The notes under the pieces: generated by a model
Told to the model about the DNA's origin: nothing
The model's database searches: none
The model's input: the letters and a program-made list of their open reading frames with translations, nothing else
From: Candidatus Pacearchaeota archaeon
GTDB lineage: Archaea; Nanobdellota; Nanobdellia; Pacearchaeales; UBA284
NCBI GenBank assembly: GCA_049699715.1
Contig: JBNAVB010000002.1
Span: 1-60,573 of the forward strand
Reading direction: 5' to 3'
Length of the DNA stretch: 60,573 nt
Position numbers and translations under genes: made by a program
Shown here: piece after piece, positions 54,311 through 60,573 of the stretch
Layout: each line of letters opens with the position of its first letter
Numbering within the stretch: position 1 is the first letter of the stretch

Positions 54311-54478
54311 CTATATATCTTGCGGCAGAATTGTCGTTCTGTGATTTGCTTTTGCCCTCTCGCTTGCCTCTTTCAAGATTGCCTCAATCTTTTTGTTCAA
54401 AGCTTCTGCAAGCTCAATCGAGACTCGCATATCTTTAACAACATCTTTTATTTTTGATTTTACAATAAGTTCTGCCAT
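54311..54478 (-). CDS. small histone-fold-like (DUF1931-type) protein, 55 aa
   Basis: Not in the track: MAELIVKSKIKDVVKDMRVSIELAEALNKKIEAILKEASERAKANHRTTILPQDI. A tandem AAATAAATTTATCC x2 sits upstream. Confidence 0.5.
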   Translation of the reverse strand: MAELIVKSKIKDVVKDMRVSIELAEALNKKIEAILKEASERAKANHRTTILPQDI

Positions 54479-54493
54479 TTTGGTACTAAATGT

Positions 54494-54523
54494 GGATAAA
54501 TTTATTTGGGATAAATTTATTTG
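54494..54523. repeat. perfect 15-nt tandem repeat GGATAAATTTATTTG x2
   Basis: Read directly. Lies 16-45 nt upstream of the minus-strand ATG at 54478. Confidence 0.85.
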
Positions 54524-54608
54524 CTTTAGGGAAGTTTCTTAGAGAGGTTTTTACTCGCCATTTCTTTTTTTTATTTCTTTATTTCTTTTTTACTCTTTCT
54601 TCTCTTTC

Positions 54609-54773
54609 TTATATCTGCGGCTTGCTCTTGCCGACAATCTTGAACATGTTCGTGCTGCACTTGATACATTTGCCCTTAATCGCCCATGTCCCCTTCTTTA
54701 TTTCTGTTGCTTGGGGATCTTTAATCTCGCGCTTGTCTTTACATTTCATGCATCTTCCTTCGAATTTCGCCAT
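54609..54773 (-). CDS. small zinc-ribbon protein, 54 aa
   Basis: Not in the track: MAKFEGRCMKCKDKREIKDPQATEIKKGTWAIKGKCIKCSTNMFKIVGKSKPQI. It has CxxC...CxxC, and GGAGG lies 7 nt upstream of the ATG. Confidence 0.6.
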   Translation of the reverse strand: MAKFEGRCMKCKDKREIKDPQATEIKKGTWAIKGKCIKCSTNMFKIVGKSKPQI

Positions 54774-54867
54774 TTTTTACCTCCTTTGCCATTTACTATA
54801 AAATTTCGTCGATAATGACATCATAATGTCAGTTTTTATATTTATAAATCTTACTTCTCCCTGCATT

Positions 54868-56349
54868 TTATTTCTCGCTTTTTTCAGGTTTCATGAAAGG
54901 GAATAATATAACATCCCTAATGCCTGGAGAGTTTGTCAACAACATTGTCAAGCGGTCAACTCCAATTCCCAAGCCCGATGCGGGAGGCATTCCATATTGC
55001 AGTGCTTTTAGAAAATCTAAATCAAGCCTCTGTTCCTCAACTTTGCCTTTCTTGAAAGCTTCCTCGGCTTTTTTCCAGTAAGCTTCTAGTTTTTTTGGAT
55101 CGTTCTCCTCGCTATAACTATTGCCTATTTCCCATCCATTAATGTAAGGTTCGAAGCGCTCGGCAAATCTTGGATCATCAGCTTTGGCTTTTGCCAAGCC
55201 AGAGATGTCGGCAGGGAAATCATAAACTATTGTTGGTTGTATCAGATGTGGCTCAACCTTTTCTTCAAAGACTTTATTGAGAATTTCGCCCCAACTGTTA
55301 CAATCAGAAACATCAACTTTAAGCTTCAAAGCAAGCTTTCTTGCATGATTCTCGTTTTCTGTATCAAAATCCTCACCAGTATGCTTTTTCAAGGCTTCCA
55401 AGAAACTTAACTCTTGCCATTTTCCCAAGTCAATCTTTGTGCCTTGATAATCTATCTTTGTTGTGTTTAAGACTTTCTTCGCGATAGAAACAATCATTTC
55501 CTCGCAAAATCTTATATTATCCTTATAATTAGCATAAGTCCACATTGTTTCCATCTGCAAGAATTCTGGATTGTGCGTCTTGTCAATGCCCTCGTTCCTG
55601 AAATCTGGTGAAAATTCAAAGATTTTTTCATATCCCCCTACAAGCAATCTTTTCAAGTATAATTCATTTGAGATTCTAAGATAGAGTTTTATATCTAATG
55701 CATTCAATTTTGTTTCAAAAGGTCTAGCATTCGTGCCTCCGTAAATCGGCTGCAAAATTGGGGTTTCAACTTCAATGAAGCCATGGCTTTTCAAAAACTC
55801 TCGCATAGCCTCAATAATCTTGCCTCTTTTTAAGAACACTTCCTTGACTTCAGGATTCATTATCAAGTCAACATATCTCTTTCGATACCTTTCTTCCTTG
55901 TCCTGCAATCCGTGCCATTTCTCAGGCAAAGGCATAATTGCTTTAGTTAGTAATTCAAGTTTCTTGGCAAGTATAGTTACTTCACCTCGCCGGGTCTTGA
56001 AAACGGTTCCTTCAACTCCAACGATATCACCAACATCGATATATTTCTTGAAAAAATCACAAAGCTCCTTGCCGCTTTCTCTCTCTTCAATACATAATTG
56101 AATCTTGTCTGTAAAATCTTGCAGATGAGCAAAATTAATTTTGCCATGAACTCTTATTCCAAGAATACGCCCCGCAACAACAACTTTATCTTTGGTTTTT
56201 TCTCCAGGCTTGAGCTTGTCATATTTTCTTTGAATTTCTATAGCCTTGCCTTTCTTTTCAAAGCGATGCTTGTAAGGCTCAATACCCAATTTCTTGAGTT
56301 CTTCAATCTTTTTCTCACGCTCTTTTTTAATCTCGTCTTCTCTCGCCAT
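54868..56349 (-). CDS. lysS: lysyl-tRNA synthetase, class II
   Basis: 493 aa with an OB-fold N-terminus, motif 2 DFRNEGIDKTHNPEFLQMETMW and motif 3 GLGIGVDRLTMLLT. Confidence 0.9.
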   Translation of the reverse strand: MAREDEIKKEREKKIEELKKLGIEPYKHRFEKKGKAIEIQRKYDKLKPGEKTKDKVVVAGRILGIRVHGKINFAHLQDFTDKIQLCIEERESGKELCDFFKKYIDVGDIVGVEGTVFKTRRGEVTILAKKLELLTKAIMPLPEKWHGLQDKEERYRKRYVDLIMNPEVKEVFLKRGKIIEAMREFLKSHGFIEVETPILQPIYGGTNARPFETKLNALDIKLYLRISNELYLKRLLVGGYEKIFEFSPDFRNEGIDKTHNPEFLQMETMWTYANYKDNIRFCEEMIVSIAKKVLNTTKIDYQGTKIDLGKWQELSFLEALKKHTGEDFDTENENHARKLALKLKVDVSDCNSWGEILNKVFEEKVEPHLIQPTIVYDFPADISGLAKAKADDPRFAERFEPYINGWEIGNSYSEENDPKKLEAYWKKAEEAFKKGKVEEQRLDLDFLKALQYGMPPASGLGIGVDRLTMLLTNSPGIRDVILFPFMKPEKSEK

Positions 56350-56357
56350 GATAAATT

Positions 56358-56774
56358 TTAGTCTCGTTCCTTTTTAAATTTATAACCCGCTTCTTTGATG
56401 GATTTTTTTATGCTTTCGGTGACTTTTTCCTTATTTGGCCCATTGTAAATAATTTCTTCAGCATATGGCAATTGGTATTCCCCTCTTAATTTTGAAACCA
56501 AGTTGTGGAAGCCGCTTTTTTTGCTTGCATGTTCTTCTCGGAATTTTTTAAACATCTCTTCATAATTGAATATAATCCTCGCTTCCTGATAACCTTTTTT
56601 GTCTTCTGGATAATTCGAGAAACCGAGAATGTTCCCCTCCTCATCGACAAAAGCATTAGCGCAAGCTCTGTATGGGCCAGCATTGCCACCTATACTTTCA
56701 TTTGATAAGAACTTTACAATAGCTCTTCTCAGCTCTTTTTTCCTTAGTCCTTTTTTCATTATATGTTCAAGCAT
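56358..56774 (-). CDS. hypothetical protein (138 aa)
   Basis: ORF only, 9 nt upstream of lysS. Confidence 0.5.
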   Translation of the reverse strand: MLEHIMKKGLRKKELRRAIVKFLSNESIGGNAGPYRACANAFVDEEGNILGFSNYPEDKKGYQEARIIFNYEEMFKKFREEHASKKSGFHNLVSKLRGEYQLPYAEEIIYNGPNKEKVTESIKKSIKEAGYKFKKERD

Positions 56775-56793
56775 TAGAAGTTTAAAAATTTAA

Positions 56794-57594
56794 TCAAATA
56801 ACTCTCTCAGGCTTCAAGACAAACCCCTCCCATTTCTTTATTTCTTTCGAGCTGTAAAAAGGCTTCACTAAAGCAACAATCTCCTTGCCACAGAAAGCCG
56901 CTATGACTTGGCTTTTCTCAAATCCACCTGTAATTTTTTTAATATCTCTGGCAAATAGAAACTTCCCTTGCCTTAATTTTTCTTTCGCCTCAATAGTTAC
57001 ATAAACAATTGGAGAGGCTTTCAAAATAATTTTTTCCGCTTCAATAACTTCCTTTTTGCTTAATTTTTCAAGTGTCGCGGCTTGCTTGAGTGTAAAGTTT
57101 CCTTGTTTAATTCTTCTTAGCGAAGTCATATGCGCCCCTATTCCAAGCTCCTCGCCCAAATCATGAATTAACTTCCTGATGTAAGTTCCTTTTTCACAAT
57201 GAACTCTAAACCAAAAATCTCTGCCTTTCTTCTTTATAACTTTAAACTCGTAAATCCCACGCTCGCGCTCGACTCTTGTGACTCTTGAGCGTTTAGGAGG
57301 AATCTGTTTAATTTTTCCCAAAAATTTCTTATTGATCGTTCTTTTTAATGTTTGTAGCGATACTTCTTGATGCAAATGTGCTTTTCCTTCATAAGTTTTG
57401 TCAAGTTTATCAAACAGAGGCATTAACTTTGTAGCATTGTTCAGAGCAATCAATAAAACTCCAGTGACATTAGGATCTAAAGTGCCGGCATGCCCTGCTT
57501 TTTCTGCTCCAAGTTTTTCGCGCACAGCCTCGCAGGCCTCGAAGCTGGTCATGCCCTGGGGCTTGTCAAGAATAATGAAACCTTTTTCTATCAT
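56794..57594 (-). CDS. cbf5: tRNA/rRNA pseudouridine synthase, TruB/Cbf5 family with PUA-like C-terminus
   Basis: ILDKPQGMTSFE, HAGTLDPNVTGVLLIAL and KTYEG. At 266 aa it is short for Cbf5. Confidence 0.8.
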   Translation of the reverse strand: MIEKGFIILDKPQGMTSFEACEAVREKLGAEKAGHAGTLDPNVTGVLLIALNNATKLMPLFDKLDKTYEGKAHLHQEVSLQTLKRTINKKFLGKIKQIPPKRSRVTRVERERGIYEFKVIKKKGRDFWFRVHCEKGTYIRKLIHDLGEELGIGAHMTSLRRIKQGNFTLKQAATLEKLSKKEVIEAEKIILKASPIVYVTIEAKEKLRQGKFLFARDIKKITGGFEKSQVIAAFCGKEIVALVKPFYSSKEIKKWEGFVLKPERVI

Positions 57595-57654
57595 GCCAAA
57601 TAAAACAGTAATTTTTTTAAATACTTTGTGTCTAAAGGATAAAGCTGAGAAAAA

Positions 57655-58058
57655 ATGATAAATGAGAATGATGAAACAGAGGAAACTTTCTTATTGAGAA
57701 GAAAATTCCAGTAGCACCAGATTCAGTCTGCCGCTATTATAGGCGGCGATATCAACAAGCATTATGATAAATTATCCAGGCTTCTAGGGCTAGTGAAATA
57801 ATACATGTTCCTTATTAATATAAATTAAGAAAGATTCATTCTAAAATCCATGAGGCAGTAAAAAAAGCAGAGCTTGTTATAATTTTGCCTTACAAGAGCT
57901 ATGAACTAGAGGTTTATATAGAAGAAGCTTTAAAAGAGTATCCTAGGCCACTCATACGCACAAGCGGAGGTAATGGAGCCTCGCACATTATCGAAGGTCT
58001 TTACAGGAAGCGCGTAGGTTTAGAAATAATACTTGAGAATGGCTACGGAGAAGTGTAA
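57655..58058 (+). pseudogene. decayed ORF: in-frame TAG plus a frame change
   Basis: ATG 57655 gives MINENDETEETFLLRRKFQ, then TAG, then HQIQSAAIIGGDINKHYDKLSRLLGLVK and a stop. A further 79-codon stretch without ATG follows in another frame (...ELVIILPYKS...RTSGGNGASHIIEGLY...GEV*). Confidence 0.35.
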
Positions 58059-58067
58059 CACTAATTA

Positions 58068-58658
58068 TTATTTTTCTAAAGTCATTCGCCTCATCTCTTT
58101 GTGTTCCTTATGTTGCTGAGGTTGCTTAATCTTGGGCTGTTCTGGAAGGACTTCCTTGCGTAGCATCTTTTCTTTCTCTTTTTCCTCCTTTTCCTCAAGC
58201 TTCTCTTCTTCTGTTTTCTCTTCCTCTTTCTTCTCCCTCTCTTCCTTCTTCTTTGCTTCTTCCTTTTTTTTCTTTTCTCTTTCTTTAGATTTCTCTTCTT
58301 CAAGCTTCTTAACTTTCTCAATTTTTCTCTTTAGCTTTGCATCTTCAACCTTGAAATTATTTGGCAATGAAACAAACTCAACTTTAACATTATCATTAGC
58401 ATCTTTTGTTGCCTTGACAGTTATTTTATGCGGAGGCTTTTTTATTCCACGAAGCCATAAGGCTCTATTGACCCAAGGATCAATCTTAATCTTGTCCAAA
58501 TCGCGGTTAGAAACTTTCATGTGTCTTGCCAAGAACTCTTTGATTGCTCTCATTGCTTTCTTTGCTCTTTTGTAGCGAGGAGCCTTCAACCATTCCTTGC
58601 GCAAAGGAATAGTATAAGTTCTTTCCAAAACAGTTTTAGTTTCTTTCTCTTTTACCAT
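58068..58658 (-). CDS. rpl31e: 50S ribosomal protein eL31 with about 100-aa K/E-rich C-terminal extension
   Basis: N-terminal roughly 95 aa match eL31 (RTYTIPLRKEWLKAPRYKRAKKAMRAIKEF...WLRGIKKPPHKITV). A KE-rich tail follows. Confidence 0.85.
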   Translation of the reverse strand: MVKEKETKTVLERTYTIPLRKEWLKAPRYKRAKKAMRAIKEFLARHMKVSNRDLDKIKIDPWVNRALWLRGIKKPPHKITVKATKDANDNVKVEFVSLPNNFKVEDAKLKRKIEKVKKLEEEKSKEREKKKKEEAKKKEEREKKEEEKTEEEKLEEKEEKEKEKMLRKEVLPEQPKIKQPQQHKEHKEMRRMTLEK

Positions 58659-58660
58659 TT

Positions 58661-58879
58661 TTAATCCTTAACTAATTTAATTCCTAGCTCATCGAGATCA
58701 AGAACCTTTATGCCAATATCTTTAGTTGAAAATGAAATTTTTCCATTATTTATTAATAAAACTAATCCGTAATCTTCTGACATTTTGGTTATATCTAAAA
58801 TTTTTGCTTTAGTTTCTTTGCCTTTGTATTTTATTTCAATTATGTCTCCGATTTCATATTCTCTGTATTCACTGTTCAT
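58661..58879 (-). CDS. hypothetical small protein (72 aa) between rpl39e and rpl31e
   Basis: ORF only; beta-rich, tightly packed within the operon. Confidence 0.5.
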   Translation of the reverse strand: MNSEYREYEIGDIIEIKYKGKETKAKILDITKMSEDYGLVLLINNGKISFSTKDIGIKVLDLDELGIKLVKD

Positions 58880-58908
58880 TTTTCTCTTTTCGTTTTATAA
58901 TTTTTGCT

Positions 58909-59139
58909 TTAGTATAACTTTTTCTTAGCTCCTGACTTTATTTTCTTGAACTCTTGTCTTTTGATTTTTAAAGGGATTTTTGTGCGCCTCCACGAACGCT
59001 TGACTCGGGTTAATCTTGAAGGATGAACTCTCTTGCCTCTGCCAAGAGTTTTGGGAATAACCCAAAAAGGTGCCCATTTTGTTCTTTTCTGTTGTTTTCC
59101 TAATCTTAGTTTTTTCGCAAGAGGTTTGTGTTTTGCCAT
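58909..59139 (-). CDS. rpl39e: 50S ribosomal protein eL39 with C-terminal extension
   Basis: MAKHKPLAKKLRLGKQQKRTKWAPFWVIPKT...SWRRTK, followed by about 25 extra basic residues. Confidence 0.85.
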   Translation of the reverse strand: MAKHKPLAKKLRLGKQQKRTKWAPFWVIPKTLGRGKRVHPSRLTRVKRSWRRTKIPLKIKRQEFKKIKSGAKKKLY

Positions 59140-59204
59140 TTTTTATTTTATTTGATTTATTTTATTTAATTATTTGATTTATTCTATTTGATTGTCTATC
59201 CCAT

Positions 59205-59642
59205 TTATTTTATGTGTTTCATTTCAGCAGCAATTGTTTCAAGATATTCCTTGCCCTTCTTTGTTAGCCTTCTTCCTACTTTCTTTTCTTTAATATGTTC
59301 AATCAAGCCTGCCTTGGTGGCTTGTTGTAAAATTGTCCTTATTATTTTTCCGCCTGCTCTAAAAAACTTTTCAGGTCTCATGCCACTCTTCTTTCTTGAG
59401 CCATATTCGTTTCGCAGCCGCTCAACGCCCACAATGCCCTTGACGTAAACCTTTCTCAAGATACTTGCAGCCCGGACATACCACCAATCGTCTGTTTCAG
59501 GAGGCCGCATCTTTGCTACACCTGTTTTGACATAAGCCGCCCAATTTGGCATCTCAAATTCTTTCATCCCTTTAAGTTTTTCAGCCAGATAAATTATAAA
59601 TTTCTGGCTCGGGATTTCATAAACTACACTATTTTTCGCCAT
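59205..59642 (-). CDS. rps19e: 30S ribosomal protein eS19
   Basis: 145 aa with PNWAAYVKTGVAKMRPPETDDWWYVRAASILRKVY...GGKIIRTILQQ. Confidence 0.9.
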   Translation of the reverse strand: MAKNSVVYEIPSQKFIIYLAEKLKGMKEFEMPNWAAYVKTGVAKMRPPETDDWWYVRAASILRKVYVKGIVGVERLRNEYGSRKKSGMRPEKFFRAGGKIIRTILQQATKAGLIEHIKEKKVGRRLTKKGKEYLETIAAEMKHIK

Positions 59643-59881
59643 TTTCTAACATATAAAGTAAAGCCCACTATTTTTGCCGTGAAACTTTTGTTCAGCTTTT
59701 TTTTGAGTTCTGAGCAAATTTCTTCCGCGATTTTCTTGAGCTCGTCGCGGTCTCGGCATGCGCTTTTTAATATAGCTATTTTAACAAGCTCGTGGTTTTT
59801 AAATGTTATTTCAAGCGCTTCGATAAAACCAGGAGTTAATCCATGCTTTCCAATCTGAAACGAAACAAGTGAGGACCTCAT
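59624..59881 (-). CDS. CRM/YhbY-type RNA-binding protein
   Basis: 85 aa with FQIGKHGLTPGFIEALEITFKNHELVKIAIL. Confidence 0.7.
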   Translation of the reverse strand: MRSSLVSFQIGKHGLTPGFIEALEITFKNHELVKIAILKSACRDRDELKKIAEEICSELKKKLNKSFTAKIVGFTLYVRKWRKIV

Positions 59882-60303
59882 TTTTCAGTGTTTTTAGTTT
59901 CGGTTTCCTCCCTTTCTAGCTCTTTTTTCTTTACAATTATCTTTTTCACTTTTCTAACTCCGAAAGTTCCTGTTTTCATTCCTTTCTCTTTATAAATATC
60001 TTTTCCTAGAAAATAGTGCACTTCTACATTGCCTTTATTCTTTTTCCAGTCTCTCGAGAATTTTGCACAGAAAATCGCAGCTTCTTTGATATCTTTCTTG
60101 TTCGCCTTGCCTTTAATATTGACAAAGGGCGAGCCAGCTGCTTTAGTATGCAAAACAATCTCCTCTTTAGCATTCATATCTTTCATTATTTGTTTCACAA
60201 GCTCTTCATTCTGTTCTGCGTTCTTGCCCGCAAGCATTAATTTACCACTTGAAGCGTAGGCTTTTCTGAAGTTGGTGCTTTTTGTGCTTTTTATTTTTGA
60301 CAT
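59878..60303 (-). CDS. NFACT-R (DUF814) RNA-binding domain protein
   Basis: 141 aa with LMLAGKNAEQNEELVKQ...VLHTKAAGSPFVNIKG. Confidence 0.65.
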   Translation of the reverse strand: MSKIKSTKSTNFRKAYASSGKLMLAGKNAEQNEELVKQIMKDMNAKEEIVLHTKAAGSPFVNIKGKANKKDIKEAAIFCAKFSRDWKKNKGNVEVHYFLGKDIYKEKGMKTGTFGVRKVKKIIVKKKELEREETETKNTEK

Positions 60304-60322
60304 TTTTATCTTCTTTAGCCCA

Positions 60323-60475
60323 TTACTTTAAACACGCAGGCTTACTTTTATCTTTTCTATGCCAAGCAATACACTCACAACAAATTCCATGCCTCTCACA
60401 ATTATTGTAAGGGCAAGGGCATTGTTTCTCGTTCTCTTCTTTGTTAGGACATTTAGGACATGCTTTTCGTGCCAT
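60323..60475 (-). CDS. small cysteine-rich protein, 50 aa
   Basis: Not in the track: MARKACPKCPNKEENEKQCPCPYNNCERHGICCECIAWHRKDKSKPACLK, with 10 Cys. Confidence 0.55.
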   Translation of the reverse strand: MARKACPKCPNKEENEKQCPCPYNNCERHGICCECIAWHRKDKSKPACLK

Positions 60476-60573
60476 GATAATCTAAAGAAAAAGATGTTTT
60501 AAAATTTAATGTTATTTATGCTGTGTTGCATGATTAAGCAATCACTCTGAATATTTGGTGAATTGCTTTGTAT

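Noticed and set aside
54490-54801. 103-aa plus-strand ORF
   Set aside because: It spans a promoter repeat and lies antisense to a zinc-ribbon ORF that has a Shine-Dalgarno site. Its translation is poly-F/L low complexity.
58091-58575. Alternative-frame ORFs in the eL31 tail region (58091-58321 minus, 58132-58575 plus)
   Set aside because: They arise from the K/E-rich GAA/AAG repeat, which is open in several frames. The eL31 frame is continuous with a recognisable N-terminal domain.
1-60573. Stop-codon reassignment (TAA/TAG read as sense) suggested by two in-frame stops
   Set aside because: TAA, TAG and TGA all terminate well-conserved genes at the expected lengths throughout the window. The two cases look like local lesions, one of them inside a fresh duplication.

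Overview
AT-rich (about one-third G+C by eye) archaeal contig. Archaea-specific genes are present: eL33, eL43, eS17, eL31, eL39, eS19, Alba, prefoldin beta, RpoP, PCNA, Hjc, Bud32, Cbf5 and SepF. Compact genes, a fused PriS-PriL primase, intron-containing tRNAs and lamin-tail-domain surface proteins suggest a DPANN-type (Woese-/Pace-/Nanoarchaeota-like) genome; this is an inference, not a database result. Housekeeping blocks lie at 1-19.2 kb (uL3-uL4-uL23-uL2 cluster, uL11, tRNAs, tmk, ProRS and others), 36.6-40.1 kb (primase, PCNA) and 51-60.5 kb (Hjc, LysRS, Cbf5, eL31/eL39/eS19 cluster). I call six tRNAs: Val, Pro, Ser, Arg, Met/CAU and Trp. Ser and Arg each carry a 46-nt anticodon-loop intron. 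Two accessory islands stand out. (1) 19.2-36.5 kb holds a tightly packed minus-strand operon: a porin-like beta-strand-rich 552-aa protein, a 2054-aa repeat- and sequon-laden giant surface protein, a 123-aa membrane coiled-coil and a 574-aa anchored protein. It also holds a lamin-tail-domain protein and two paralogous single-pass proteins carrying a 6-Cys repeat module and a proline-rich cytoplasmic tail. (2) 40.2-50.9 kb is a plus-strand cluster of secreted proteins. It includes two paralogues with class III (type IV pilin-like, KKG/A-QVTLF) signal peptides that share a promoter and 5' cassette, a protein with a T9SS-like C-terminal domain, and a GCC-module cysteine-rich protein. Long polypurine leaders precede several of these genes. 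Other notable points: a HEPN/MNT toxin-antitoxin cassette is bracketed by a 40-nt duplication of the hjc 5' end. Two ORFs are interrupted by in-frame stops, one of them created inside a 15-nt tandem duplication. Dph2 is N-terminally truncated, and uL11, eL31 and eL39 carry C-terminal extensions. Several real-looking genes under 60 aa are absent from the ORF track. I saw no CRISPR array, rRNA, transposase or integrase.
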